Part shown: positions 42,598 through 52,808 of the stretch, piece by piece
Layout: each line of letters opens with the position of its first letter
How positions within the stretch are numbered: the stretch's first letter is position 1
Source: Candidatus Poribacteria bacterium
GTDB lineage: Bacteria > Poribacteria > WGA-4E > WGA-3G
Length of the DNA: 64,000 nucleotides
Reading direction: 5' to 3'
NCBI GenBank assembly: GCA_965205015.1
Contig: OZ242029.1
Location: 2,592,001 to 2,656,000 of the forward strand
The notes under the pieces: generated by a model
What the model was told of the DNA's origin: nothing
The model's input: the letters and a program-made list of their open reading frames with translations, nothing else
Database searches by the model: none
Translations under genes and position numbers: made by a program

Positions 42598-43107
42598 ATG
42601 CAGGATGCCGTAAAGATTACCGATGAGGTGCAATTCCTTGATGCTTCCAACGTTAAAATTGCGCGAAATTCGTTTGAGGAACTCATGGTTGAACTACCAG
42701 ACGGCGCAAGTCACACAAACGTTGAAGCAGTTCGGTCCTTCCCACTTACCGATTCTAACAAATATATCACGCTGCTGGATAGTGAAGGGGAGGAAATCGG
42801 TATCATTCAGGATATCAAACAGTTACCTCGCGAGTCAGCGGAAATCCTCGTGTCCGAGCTGCAAAAGCGGTATTTTATGCCGAAGATCACTAAGATCCAC
42901 GAGTTGGAAGGTGAGTTCGGTGTTACGCGGTGGGTGGTAGAAACGAACCGCGGTCCTGTCACGTTTGGCATGCGTACCCGATATGATGTCGTCAGTCTGG
43001 AGAATGGACGGGTGCTTATTAAAGATGCCGATGGCAATCGTTACGAGATTGAGAATTATCACCGTTTGGATCCAGCGAGTCTCGCCCTGCTTGAAACACA
43101 ATTATAG
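42598..43107 (+). CDS. DUF1854 domain protein
   Basis: VRSFPLT, EIGII, RYFMPKI, W.VETNRG, D.DGNRY. Confidence 0.85.
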   Translation: MQDAVKITDEVQFLDASNVKIARNSFEELMVELPDGASHTNVEAVRSFPLTDSNKYITLLDSEGEEIGIIQDIKQLPRESAEILVSELQKRYFMPKITKIHELEGEFGVTRWVVETNRGPVTFGMRTRYDVVSLENGRVLIKDADGNRYEIENYHRLDPASLALLETQL

Positions 43108-43119
43108 TCCTTTGCTCCA

Positions 43120-43314
43120 ATAGTACAACTCAATTTTAAGGCGCAGTTTCCTATATGAGGCTATTCGTCAACGGGATCGCGCCTCTCTTTTTATTTATGG
43201 TAAAACCCGTAATTACTTATACACCAACACAAGGGCGAGGATACAATCCTCGCCAGCGGTGGTGGGGTGTTTGTTCCCTGACGAACTGTAAACATATTTT
43301 TGGATTTTACTATA
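43120..43314. mobile_element. Possible MITE-like element
   Basis: Imperfect terminal inverted repeats ATAGTACAACTCAA / TTGGATTTTACTAT (11 of 14) enclosing a family C palindrome. Confidence 0.4.
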
Positions 43315-43359
43315 AAGGAAGTAGCACAGCTGGATGTACATCTACGGAGGTTGGTAAGC

Positions 43360-44484
43360 GTGGAAAACGTAAAAATTGAACGCATTGAATGGGCACGCTT
43401 GACGGGTGAACGTCCCCGTAAAGCGGGTTGCAATTCTCGGCTTGGTGAACATGGGTTGCACGTCCGTCCCGCTATAGCCCGTATAACAACAACGGATGGC
43501 GCGAGCGGCTTCGGATTTTCACCGATTTCTCATGAAAAAGCGCAAGAGATTGTTGGGTTTCAACTCAGGGATGCCTTCGATGCAGAGAGCGGTGTCACTG
43601 AAGAATTCAGGATGTTGGAGTATCCACTCTGGGACTTGGTAGGAAAATTGGCGCAAAAACCGGTCTACGCGATGCTTTCTGGAGAAAACGGAGCGTTTCG
43701 CGCCCCGTGTTACGATACCTCGCTTTATATTGATGATTTGCACCTTGAAGACAATGCTGAGGCGGCGGCGCTCATTGCCTCTGAAGCGTTAGAGGGAAAG
43801 GCGCGCGGGCATAATGCCTACAAAATCAAAGTAGGGCGCGGCGCGATGCACATGCCACTCGACAAAGGGACCCAACGGGACATTGATGTTATCTGCGCTG
43901 TCCGCGAGGCTGTCGGACCCGATGCTTCGATTTTGATAGATGCAAACAATGGCTACAATCTGAATCTCACGAAACAGGTGCTCGGCGGCGCGGCGGATGC
44001 AAACGTCTATTGGATGGAAGAGGCATTCCACGAGGATGCCCGTGTCTATAGCCTGTTGAAAGAATGGCTAAACGCTGAAGGTTTAGAAACCCGTATCGCG
44101 GATGGAGAAGGGGGTGCCTCACCGAATTTGGTAGATTGGGCGAAAGAGGGACTCATTGACATCGTCCAATACGATATTTTTTACCCTGGCTTCTCACGTT
44201 GGCTTGAGTTGGGACCCGAATTGGATGCATCCGGTGTTGGCACGGCACCCCATCACTACGGTGGTCACTACGGTAATTATGTCACCGGTCATCTTGCAGC
44301 GAAGGTAAATCGGTTTGAATTCGTCGAATGGGATCACGCAACGACACCAGGTTTAGACGATTCCGGATATTCCATATCAAATGGCTATGTAAACATCCCA
44401 CAAAGTCCCGGTTTCGGCTTGAATCTGGAGGAGGCACCCTATCAAAAAGCGAAGGAAGAAAACGGGTTTGAGGTTCGGGTGTAG
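43360..44484 (+). CDS. Mandelate racemase/muconate lactonizing enzyme family protein
   Basis: KIKVG, DANNG, WMEE, ADGE, PGFGL; GGAGG RBS before GTG. Confidence 0.87.
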   Translation: MENVKIERIEWARLTGERPRKAGCNSRLGEHGLHVRPAIARITTTDGASGFGFSPISHEKAQEIVGFQLRDAFDAESGVTEEFRMLEYPLWDLVGKLAQKPVYAMLSGENGAFRAPCYDTSLYIDDLHLEDNAEAAALIASEALEGKARGHNAYKIKVGRGAMHMPLDKGTQRDIDVICAVREAVGPDASILIDANNGYNLNLTKQVLGGAADANVYWMEEAFHEDARVYSLLKEWLNAEGLETRIADGEGGASPNLVDWAKEGLIDIVQYDIFYPGFSRWLELGPELDASGVGTAPHHYGGHYGNYVTGHLAAKVNRFEFVEWDHATTPGLDDSGYSISNGYVNIPQSPGFGLNLEEAPYQKAKEENGFEVRV

Positions 44485-44556
44485 TTAAGTCGTGTGAGCA
44501 TCAGCGTCAAGCCGTTGTGAATGATGCTCATCGGAAACCGGAGGAGGAACAGGACC

Positions 44557-45294
44557 ATGGCATATTTAACGAAAGCAGATAAAACATTCTTTAAAGAAAA
44601 TGGCTATTTGGTTGTCCGCAGTGCGCTGGATCAGGAAGCGATTGATGCCGCACTGGACCGACTCTGGGAAGCAATGGACGAAGACAGGAACGACCCAGAA
44701 TCATGGATACGCCAAGGTTACCGCACGGTACCTGTTGGTAGTGAAGAAGTTATCAGTAGTACAACGTATAGCAACCGGGTCTTCGCTATGGCAGAGGAGC
44801 TTGTTGGCAAGGGCAAATTGAATACGAGCGGTGGTGCTGGACCGCATATCAATTTTCCAGATCCAGACAGAAAATGGAATGAACCGATGGGACATCTCGA
44901 CGGTTATCACACCCCTACGAATGGTGTGCCGAAAGGTGTCGTTAGTTCGTTCACGCTGGGTGCTACGGTTTATCTGAGTACCGTTGAAAAACAGGGCGGG
45001 GGATTTACGGTCTGGCCCGGAAGCCATCGGATTTGGGCAGAGTATTTCAGACACCATGACTTGGATAGCCTTCCAGGCGGTATCGCCCCATTTGATTTAG
45101 GACCGAGTTACGAATTCACCGGTGAGGCAGGCGATGTGTGTTTCTGGCATCATCAGATGAGCCATACGGCGGGTCCGAACTGTGGGCGCAATGTCCGAAT
45201 TGCATGCATTAGTAGATACCGCCGAAAAGATCTCGACGCGATTAAGTTTGAAACTCCTGATGATATGTGGAAATATTGGGAGGGGATTTCATAA
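44557..45294 (+). CDS. Phytanoyl-CoA dioxygenase (PhyH) family protein
   Basis: FKENGYL, HLD, VWPGSH, AGDVCFWH..MSH. Confidence 0.87.
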   Translation: MAYLTKADKTFFKENGYLVVRSALDQEAIDAALDRLWEAMDEDRNDPESWIRQGYRTVPVGSEEVISSTTYSNRVFAMAEELVGKGKLNTSGGAGPHINFPDPDRKWNEPMGHLDGYHTPTNGVPKGVVSSFTLGATVYLSTVEKQGGGFTVWPGSHRIWAEYFRHHDLDSLPGGIAPFDLGPSYEFTGEAGDVCFWHHQMSHTAGPNCGRNVRIACISRYRRKDLDAIKFETPDDMWKYWEGIS

Positions 45295-45492
45295 GATCTG
45301 GGTTTCTTACCCAGCATCAAATTCCCTTATGTTGGGCACTTGCATAGGCTCCAAAAGCGCCCTCGTAGATACACCGAAATTTTAACTTGTCAGATGTTTT
45401 GATATATGTTATGCTTTTCTTAATTTGATTTGATGGGAAGCAACAATATCAACCTTTGGTTCGTAGAGGAAACATGTTAGGGAAAATTCGGA

Positions 45493-45957
45493 ATGGACCT
45501 GTATCTGAATCCTGCCAAAATCACCGAGATAATAGGTGTGGAAGAAGAAATAATTAACCGAACCTTAGAGCGAAAAGATGTGGACATTGCGCCATATCTG
45601 CGCGTCGTCTCTGCCCCACCGGAAAATCCCCAAGGTCGTCCGGCGCCACAAGTTCAGTTAAGAATTGACGGTCTTGCACTGTTGATAAAAAAACTCACCT
45701 ATAATATTCCAACGGATGATATTATTGAGAATCTCAGCTGCCAGATTTTTCATATTACACATTTAAGGGAAACTTGTGAAAGATTGGAAGGAGAGAAGAA
45801 AGCACTTATCGTCGAAAATGAGCAACTCCAGGAAAGGATCGAAGCTGTCCGAGCTGAGAGAAAGGCTTTGTCCGTAGAGGTTAACGATCTGAAGAGTCAA
45901 CTAATTGCGGAACAATCCAAAACCTGGGTAGACCGTTTGCTAAAACGGGGAGAGTGA
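45493..45957 (+). CDS. Hypothetical protein with possible HTH, coiled coil and amphipathic C-terminus
   Basis: Heptad-rich C-terminal half ending TWVDRLLKRGE. Confidence 0.65.
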   Translation: MDLYLNPAKITEIIGVEEEIINRTLERKDVDIAPYLRVVSAPPENPQGRPAPQVQLRIDGLALLIKKLTYNIPTDDIIENLSCQIFHITHLRETCERLEGEKKALIVENEQLQERIEAVRAERKALSVEVNDLKSQLIAEQSKTWVDRLLKRGE

Positions 45958-46012
45958 TAGATCTGAGCCAACAAGGCTACAGGCGCTACCCTCACAGGTA
46001 TAGAAAATCGCT

Positions 46013-46633
46013 ATGGAAAAAGAAAAGCGGAATCAACTGTTTACGATCGGGTTCTTCGTTTTTGGCATGGTCTTTCTCTATGTAGAAGGTATCTCATTCG
46101 CCCCATCCCTCATCGTCCAGAATGCCGTTTTGCTCAAAGGTATCGCCTTGGTGCTGCTGAGCATCGCTGCGATCCTCGCGGGTACTGCCTTTGAGAATAA
46201 ACGGAACATCGCTATCATTTCCGGCATAGGTTTAGCGATGAGTCTCGGATTTCTCTATCTGCCTGTTCCTTCAATCTTGCGTGGTTCAGCGTTCCATGTA
46301 CTGTTCGCCTGTGCGATTGCGTTTGGCATGACGATCGCAGCGAGGCGAGCGGCGACTATCGGTTCAGCCGCTTTTGCGTGCATCGGCGTGGTTTTTCTTT
46401 ACCAACCTTTCTTTCCAGTGCTTAATAGCACCGCTTTACATCTACTTCTTCCCGGAGTCATCGTTTTCTCGATCGTTTTTTCGCAGAAGACCGTGTGTGA
46501 GCAAATTTCTGTCGGTTTGATCGCGCTGGGTTTAATCGCGCTCTGTCAACCTTTTCTGATGCTATTTTATCAAACCGGTTTCCAACTTTTGCTTGTGGGA
46601 TTAACAGGATTTATTGTCGCAGCGCATCGATAG
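46013..46633 (+). CDS. Hypothetical polytopic membrane protein with internal repeats
   Basis: About 7-8 TM segments; repeated FLYLP / FLYQPF / LCQPF units. Confidence 0.7.
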   Translation: MEKEKRNQLFTIGFFVFGMVFLYVEGISFAPSLIVQNAVLLKGIALVLLSIAAILAGTAFENKRNIAIISGIGLAMSLGFLYLPVPSILRGSAFHVLFACAIAFGMTIAARRAATIGSAAFACIGVVFLYQPFFPVLNSTALHLLLPGVIVFSIVFSQKTVCEQISVGLIALGLIALCQPFLMLFYQTGFQLLLVGLTGFIVAAHR

Positions 46634-46703
46634 TTCCACAGGGTAGGTACGAGACCTACCCCTACAACATTTCATAGGGATTTTCGGTTAAGTCCAGCCG
46701 CCT

Positions 46704-47933
46704 TTGGATTATGAAAGATTTCCTAACACGTCAGAATCTGCATTCTCACTGCGATACAGCACCTCAGAAGTAACCGATAAAAAATTGTCAAACAAAGATT
46801 CCAGTCTTTCTCCCAGTCTCAAGAGAAAAAAAGTTGTGATAGTCGGTGCCGGGGTCATCGGTGCAGCGATCGCGTATCATCTGTCCCGACGAAACGGTAT
46901 TACTGTAACGGTGCTGGAGCGCGACCTTCCCGGTGCCGGGGCATCCGGACACTCTTTCGCGTGGGCAAATGCTTTTGGGAAAGAGCCGCGGGACTACCAT
47001 ACCCTCAACCGGCGTTCCTTGGATATGTGGTACCGGCTCGCATATCAACTGGATGCGGATATAGGTATTCACTATGGCGGCGAAATGCGGTGGGAAAACG
47101 ATCCACAACGTGCGACACAACTCCGTCAACGCATCCAACACATTCAGGGGTGGGGGTACCCGTGTCGGCTGATCACCCGTGATGAGATGTTGGCACTTGA
47201 GCCAGATTTGCACCTTGGCACTGTCGCAGCCGCATCCTTTTCTGAAGCTGATATCCACATTGAGACCGATAGATTCATCGATGTGTGTCTCCAACGGGCG
47301 TGCGAGGTGGGTGCGGTTGTGCATCCGCACACCAGTGTTACTGGGTTTGTTATTCGTGCTGGTAGGGTCGCTGCTGTCAAAACCACCGATGCCGAATTTC
47401 CGTGTGATGGTGTCGTTTTAGCAAGCGGTGTTCAGACGACTGAGCTCGCGTCCTTAGTGCATGCACATATCCCGCAACAACGGAGTCCAGGGATCGTTAT
47501 TAAGACAACCGCGTGTGCTAAAGTTTTAAACAACGTCGCGATTATCCACGCGCCTCCGACAGATGAGAACCATCAGCACCTCCACCTCCGGCAAATGGCT
47601 GATGGGAGTCTTAGAATCGGACAGGGGACGCAAGAAGGGATAAACCGTGATGATTCACAGCAGCACGCCGATGCACTCCTCGCTCGTGCCAAAGCTTATT
47701 TGCCAGTGATAGGGGACGCTGAAGCGATTCCAACACCGGTTGGCTATCGTCCAATGCCGCTTGATGGGTTTCCGGTACTTGGGTTTACCGAGGCGGTTCA
47801 AAATTTGTATATCGCCTTAATGCACAGCGGTGTAACATTAGCACCTTTGGTGGGTGAAATGGCAAGTTTGGAAATTGCCGACGATGCACGGGTGGATTGG
47901 TTCGCGTCCTACCGACCTGAACGGTTTGGGTAG
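46704..47933 (+). CDS. FAD-dependent oxidoreductase (DAO/glycine oxidase-like); start may be TTG 46785
   Basis: VGAGVIG, GASGHSFAW, GYRPMP.DG.P..G, HSGVTLAP. Confidence 0.88.
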   Translation: MDYERFPNTSESAFSLRYSTSEVTDKKLSNKDSSLSPSLKRKKVVIVGAGVIGAAIAYHLSRRNGITVTVLERDLPGAGASGHSFAWANAFGKEPRDYHTLNRRSLDMWYRLAYQLDADIGIHYGGEMRWENDPQRATQLRQRIQHIQGWGYPCRLITRDEMLALEPDLHLGTVAAASFSEADIHIETDRFIDVCLQRACEVGAVVHPHTSVTGFVIRAGRVAAVKTTDAEFPCDGVVLASGVQTTELASLVHAHIPQQRSPGIVIKTTACAKVLNNVAIIHAPPTDENHQHLHLRQMADGSLRIGQGTQEGINRDDSQQHADALLARAKAYLPVIGDAEAIPTPVGYRPMPLDGFPVLGFTEAVQNLYIALMHSGVTLAPLVGEMASLEIADDARVDWFASYRPERFG

Positions 47934-47959
47934 GTTGTACGGTCCGTCTGATAATCTTA

Positions 47960-48898
47960 TCAATCACGGTTCAGGCTTTCATAGTGATCGGTGTACACCT
48001 TCACCAAATCCCCCTTCCGAAAACCGGGGACAGCCGTAGCACATTCCTGTGCCAGGCGTTCGTAATCAATCCTCATCAGCCGCGCTAAGACGGTCGGATT
48101 TTGTGCTTTTAAAAGCATCCACTGTTTATTCCGTTCGCACTGCTTTTCATCTATCTCTCTCCGAGAATAATCCTGCCATCCTTGACACGGCACAGCGAAA
48201 TCAAACGGATTTTGAAAGACTTTCAAAGCGTTAGGTGTGTTGTTGTACTGCCACATCTGAAAATCTTGATGTTGAATTGGTAAGCGTTTATAGTGTCGCA
48301 TGTCCGGACGGGTGCTTACTAAACGGGTCCATATTTGGAATTCCGTATTTACCGAATAGGATTTACCGGTTTCGAGGTGGAACGCATCTCTTGGGAGTGG
48401 CAATTTACTGATAAACCGCATGCTGACATCAAGCCGCTTGTGCGTGCCAAACTTTCGGAAATTGACGGGGACAATAAACGCGACAATATCCGCCAGATGG
48501 GCAGCATGGTTAAAGAAGTCTATCGCTAATTTTCCACGCTTGCCGAAAGGAGGATTACCGATAATGGCGGTATCTCTGCGTGTAAACGGGAAATCGGTGA
48601 CTTCAAAAAAGTCTTGGGACTTCACATTCCTACATTTTGGCACGAGATCTATGCCTAACCGCTTTTCCGGCGGTAAGAGTTTATAAAACGCACCAGTGCC
48701 AGCGGCAGGCTCTACGAAAAAGAGGTCGCTGAGACTTCGGTTTAAGGTTGAAAGCGTCTCCGTGAAATGCTCCCAACATGCCCGCGCGACCTCTGGTTTC
48801 GTATAAAATTGGTCTAATGAATGTTGCACGATTTTTGTGAGTGATCGGAAAGTCACGTCTCTCAACGGTGGATTACTCAAAGAGTACCAACTCGCCAT
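47960..48898 (-). CDS. Orphan SAM-dependent amino-methyltransferase, probably acting on DNA; start uncertain (GTG 48829 possible)
   Basis: LDQFYT, EPAAGTGAF, IGNPPFG (gamma-class order). Confidence 0.75.
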   Translation of the reverse strand: MASWYSLSNPPLRDVTFRSLTKIVQHSLDQFYTKPEVARACWEHFTETLSTLNRSLSDLFFVEPAAGTGAFYKLLPPEKRLGIDLVPKCRNVKSQDFFEVTDFPFTRRDTAIIGNPPFGKRGKLAIDFFNHAAHLADIVAFIVPVNFRKFGTHKRLDVSMRFISKLPLPRDAFHLETGKSYSVNTEFQIWTRLVSTRPDMRHYKRLPIQHQDFQMWQYNNTPNALKVFQNPFDFAVPCQGWQDYSRREIDEKQCERNKQWMLLKAQNPTVLARLMRIDYERLAQECATAVPGFRKGDLVKVYTDHYESLNRD

Positions 48899-50039
48899 CC
48901 GTGACGATCAGGACTTTCGCGTCGTAAACCGCATCCCCGTTAGCATCAAAAGAGAACTTACCGAAAATTGTGTCGAAATCTTTGATACTTGCGAGCGCGT
49001 CTCGAATCGCTGTGGGATCGGTTGATTGTGCCTTCGCGATCGCCTCCCTCAGAATATAAAGAGCTGCATACGATCTTGCGACGTAGTTATTTGGTGTTGT
49101 GCCGTATGTCTCACTGTAATTCTGGACGAAAGTTTGATTTCCTGGTGTGTCAACAGCGGTGCCCCATCCTACAAAAGTTATCGCGCCCTCGGCAGCTGCG
49201 CCTGCGGCTTGCACATCTGTTCCACCCAAGGTCCGCACTATAAACGGCGCAGTTATACCGAGTTGGTGCCTTTGGATGAGCATCCCAGGTTTTTCAGGGG
49301 ATAGAGATGAGAAAAAAATAACCTCAGGATTTAATTCCTTTATCCGGGTGAGTTGTGTGGAAAAGTCGGTATCACCGCCTTTGAAAGTTTCCGGAGACAG
49401 CACTTCAATCCCACGCGTCTTGAGGATTTCCCGCACTGCCACATCTCCATCCGTAGAGAAAAGATCTGTTTCATCATAGATCGTAGCGGCTTTTTGGTAA
49501 CCGAGTTTTGTTTGTGTTACTTCAATACCGGCAGGAACGAGTGCATCTGTGGTAAGTGAGACCCGAAAGACAAAGTCTCCAATCGCGCTGAGACCGCGTG
49601 CGGCGGAAACCGAACTTATCGCCACCACCTGATTTTCCTGCGCGATCGGAAACGCCATCTCAGTTTGGCTTGAGGTAGCAGGTCCGAGGATAACAGACAC
49701 ACCTTCTTGATGGATCAGCTGATTGAAGGCCGCGACTGCGCCTTCTATCGTGCTCTGATCGTCTTTGGTGATGAATTTGAGTTTCACACCGTTGGAGTGT
49801 GTGTTATTAATTTCGCGCAGTGCTAATTCAAAACCCTGCTGCATTGGTTTACCAAGCGAGTCAGCCAGTCGTCCTGTCAGCGGTAAGACGACACCGATGG
49901 AAATATCTTCACTGACTTCCGTCATCTGAGGTGTGGTGGGTTGGATAACTCGGGAAATTCGATCACAGGCGGAAAATCCGACAATCAGTACAACAATCGC
50001 GAGTAGAAATGCAAACAGTGTGAATTTTTGGGTATTCAT
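48873..50039 (-). CDS. Branched-chain amino acid ABC substrate-binding lipoprotein (LivJ/K-like)
   Basis: Lipobox FSAC, IGVVLPLTG, DFSTQLTRIK, FDANGDA. Confidence 0.88.
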   Translation of the reverse strand: MNTQKFTLFAFLLAIVVLIVGFSACDRISRVIQPTTPQMTEVSEDISIGVVLPLTGRLADSLGKPMQQGFELALREINNTHSNGVKLKFITKDDQSTIEGAVAAFNQLIHQEGVSVILGPATSSQTEMAFPIAQENQVVAISSVSAARGLSAIGDFVFRVSLTTDALVPAGIEVTQTKLGYQKAATIYDETDLFSTDGDVAVREILKTRGIEVLSPETFKGGDTDFSTQLTRIKELNPEVIFFSSLSPEKPGMLIQRHQLGITAPFIVRTLGGTDVQAAGAAAEGAITFVGWGTAVDTPGNQTFVQNYSETYGTTPNNYVARSYAALYILREAIAKAQSTDPTAIRDALASIKDFDTIFGKFSFDANGDAVYDAKVLIVTDGELVLFE

Positions 50040-50342
50040 AAAACTCCTTTGGTGGCATACGAAATGTATGCTTTCGTCTATTGACAGCACCCGAAGTGCT
50101 TATTGTTTTAACATTCTAATTATATCATTTTCGCGCTGAAATTCAAAATAAAATCGCCTTGCCTCCCAATCAGAGGCATTCAATTCGCCTGTAGGAGCGA
50201 TCTCCTGATCGCGACCTTCTGCTCTATAGGAGCCATCGCCTACTGCCTCCCAATTGTATCCGGTTGACCAATTTTCTGTTCCGCGGTATATTATAAGGAA
50301 TTAAAGCGTCAGAACAGGCAACTTCATATCGAACGGAGTAAC

Positions 50343-51344
50343 ATGACAACTGAAGCAAAATCACCCGTCCGCTGGGGGATCCTCAGCACAGCAAACATCG
50401 CAACAAAGGTCGCCCGTGCGATGCATCTCGCCGAAAACGCGGATTTGGTTGCGGTTGCGAGTCGGACCGAGGAACGCGCTGCAACATGGGCACAAGGGCA
50501 CAATATTCCCATGGCTTACGGCACCTACGATGCACTTCTTGCCGACGCATCGCTTGATGCCATCTACATTCCGTTACCACCCTCACTTCACGCCGAATGG
50601 ACAATTAAAGCCGCCGAACACGGCAAACACGTCCTCTGTGAGAAACCGCTCGCTGCAAACACTGATGAGGCGATCGCAATGGCAGATGCTTGTCGCCAAA
50701 ATGGTGTACAACTCATGGACGGTGTGATGTGGGTTCACCATGAACGCACCACGGCGATGCAGCAGCAATTAAGGAATGGCACTCTTGGGCGGCTCCGACG
50801 CGTGACAGCGGCGTTTACTTTCAATTGGGACACAATTCCTGTTGGAAATATCCGGGCAATGAAGGAGTTCGCAGGTGGCAGTCTCGGAGACTTAGGCTAC
50901 TACTGTGTCCGCGCAATTCTCTGGGCATTCGAGGAGCTGCCGACACAGGTGTTCGCGACGGCGCGTTACAAAGTCGGCGTGGATTTTAATCTTGCGGGGA
51001 TCCTCTGGTTCAGCGATGAACGCATCGCTACTTTAGATTGTGGGTTTGATACGGGTCTTCGGAAGTGGTTTGAGGTTGCTGGCACACGGGCATCAATCGT
51101 TTGTGATGATTTCACCGTCCCGACAGCTGAGGACTCCGCTCGGTTTTGGGTGCATGGACCAGACGGAAACGAACAGAACACGATTGAGGGGGGCATTCAG
51201 GAGGTCACAATGATTGAGCGGTTCTCCCGTATCGTGCAATCTGGAAATCTTGAGGAGAAATGGTCCCAAGTGGCGGTAGACACGATGCGCGTCTGCGATG
51301 CCTTACTTGAATCAGATCGACGTAAAGAAGTGGTCAAACTCTAA
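50343..51344 (+). CDS. Gfo/Idh/MocA family oxidoreductase
   Basis: WGILSTANIA, LCEKP, GGSLGDLGYY. Confidence 0.92.
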   Translation: MTTEAKSPVRWGILSTANIATKVARAMHLAENADLVAVASRTEERAATWAQGHNIPMAYGTYDALLADASLDAIYIPLPPSLHAEWTIKAAEHGKHVLCEKPLAANTDEAIAMADACRQNGVQLMDGVMWVHHERTTAMQQQLRNGTLGRLRRVTAAFTFNWDTIPVGNIRAMKEFAGGSLGDLGYYCVRAILWAFEELPTQVFATARYKVGVDFNLAGILWFSDERIATLDCGFDTGLRKWFEVAGTRASIVCDDFTVPTAEDSARFWVHGPDGNEQNTIEGGIQEVTMIERFSRIVQSGNLEEKWSQVAVDTMRVCDALLESDRRKEVVKL

Positions 51345-51371
51345 TACTGGAAACATCAATTGAGGATTTCT

Positions 51372-52559
51372 ATGAAAATTACAAATATTGAAACGTTTAT
51401 TGTGGATGCTGGATGGCGTCCGTGGACTTTTGTGAAGGTCGAAACCGACGAAGGTGTCACTGGCTACGGTGAATGTAGCGACGGCAGGAACCCTAACGGC
51501 GTGGTAGGAACGATCAAGGACTTTACCCCACTGATGGTTGGCAGGGATCCGCGTGCCTATGAGATGCGGTTTTGGGACATGATTCGCGGCTCTCGGCAGA
51601 GTCCTGGCGGCATTGCGGCGAAAGCGATTGCCGGTATTGAGTGTGCGCTGGTAGATATTAAGGCGAAAGCGTTGGGAATCTCGGTTGTTGAGTTATTTGG
51701 TGGACCGACACGCGATGACGTACGCGTCTACTGGTCGCACTGTGGTTCTTCTCGGGCACGCAACTATGAACTCATCGGGGTTCCGCCCTTAAAAAGCATG
51801 GATTCCATCGCGGCATTAGGACGTGAAGTGGTCGAGAGAGGATTCACCGCGCTCAAAACCAACGTCATTTTCCCCGGCGACACCGCATCCGTCCATTTCG
51901 GAGGTTTTGGGGGTGGACCCGGTACGACCGATGGAAATGTAACGTCTCAAGTGCTACGCCACATTGAAACCTTAATCGGCACCTTCAGAGAAGCCGTTGG
52001 TCCCGATGTCAGTATCAACCTCGATCTGAATTTCAACTTCAAACCCGAGGCGTGCATGCGTATCGCCAAAGTCCTTGAGCAGTTCGATATGCTGTGGTTA
52101 GAGATTGATATGTACGACCACGAGGCTATCCGGCAGATCAAGGATTCTACGACGACGAAGATATGTACCGGCGAAAACCTCTATTACATGCGCGAGTACC
52201 TTCCTTACTTTGAGTGCCGTGCCGCCGATGTATTCATGATAGACGTGCCGTGGAACGGATTCGCACCCTCAAAGAAAATCGGTGACTTGGCAAACGTGTT
52301 CCAACTCAACGTCGCACCGCACAACTACTACAGTCACCTTGCGACTCACATGAGCGCGAGTCTTTGTGCTGTGCTGCCCAATGTACGGATCATGGAGATT
52401 GATATTGATGATGTCCCGTGGAAAGATGACTTGACGACGCACGTCCCAGATATTACGGATGGATACATGAAAATCCCGACGCGTCCCGGATGGGGAACGG
52501 ATCTCAACGAAGAGGTTGCTAAAGCACATCCTTGGCCCGACCGGAGAGGGGAATGGTAA
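51372..52559 (+). CDS. Mandelate racemase/muconate lactonizing enzyme family (sugar-acid dehydratase-like)
   Basis: VKVETDEGVTGYGE, TGEN, APHN, PTRPGWG. Confidence 0.9.
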   Translation: MKITNIETFIVDAGWRPWTFVKVETDEGVTGYGECSDGRNPNGVVGTIKDFTPLMVGRDPRAYEMRFWDMIRGSRQSPGGIAAKAIAGIECALVDIKAKALGISVVELFGGPTRDDVRVYWSHCGSSRARNYELIGVPPLKSMDSIAALGREVVERGFTALKTNVIFPGDTASVHFGGFGGGPGTTDGNVTSQVLRHIETLIGTFREAVGPDVSINLDLNFNFKPEACMRIAKVLEQFDMLWLEIDMYDHEAIRQIKDSTTTKICTGENLYYMREYLPYFECRAADVFMIDVPWNGFAPSKKIGDLANVFQLNVAPHNYYSHLATHMSASLCAVLPNVRIMEIDIDDVPWKDDLTTHVPDITDGYMKIPTRPGWGTDLNEEVAKAHPWPDRRGEW

Positions 52560-52808
52560 ATGGGCAGGAGGCGAAAACTCAAGCGATGAAACTTAGAAGC
52601 GTCAGTTTGGCAAGACATCTACCAGCATTCCGAACATACCTGCTTAATCTGATGTAGCGGGATTAGCTGTTGAAGTTGAAATGGAATACAGAGATATAAC
52701 ACAAGAGACAGTGTTTGCAGTAGATTTGCATTGCACCACCCGCGGATCGCTACCGAGATTTATCTCTTTACGTTTTCGTCCTACGTCATATAGCTGGACA
52801 GCAGCTGC

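Noticed and set aside
43155-43433. Short ORFs across this intergenic region
   Set aside because: They span repeat-derived sequence and have no recognisable motifs.
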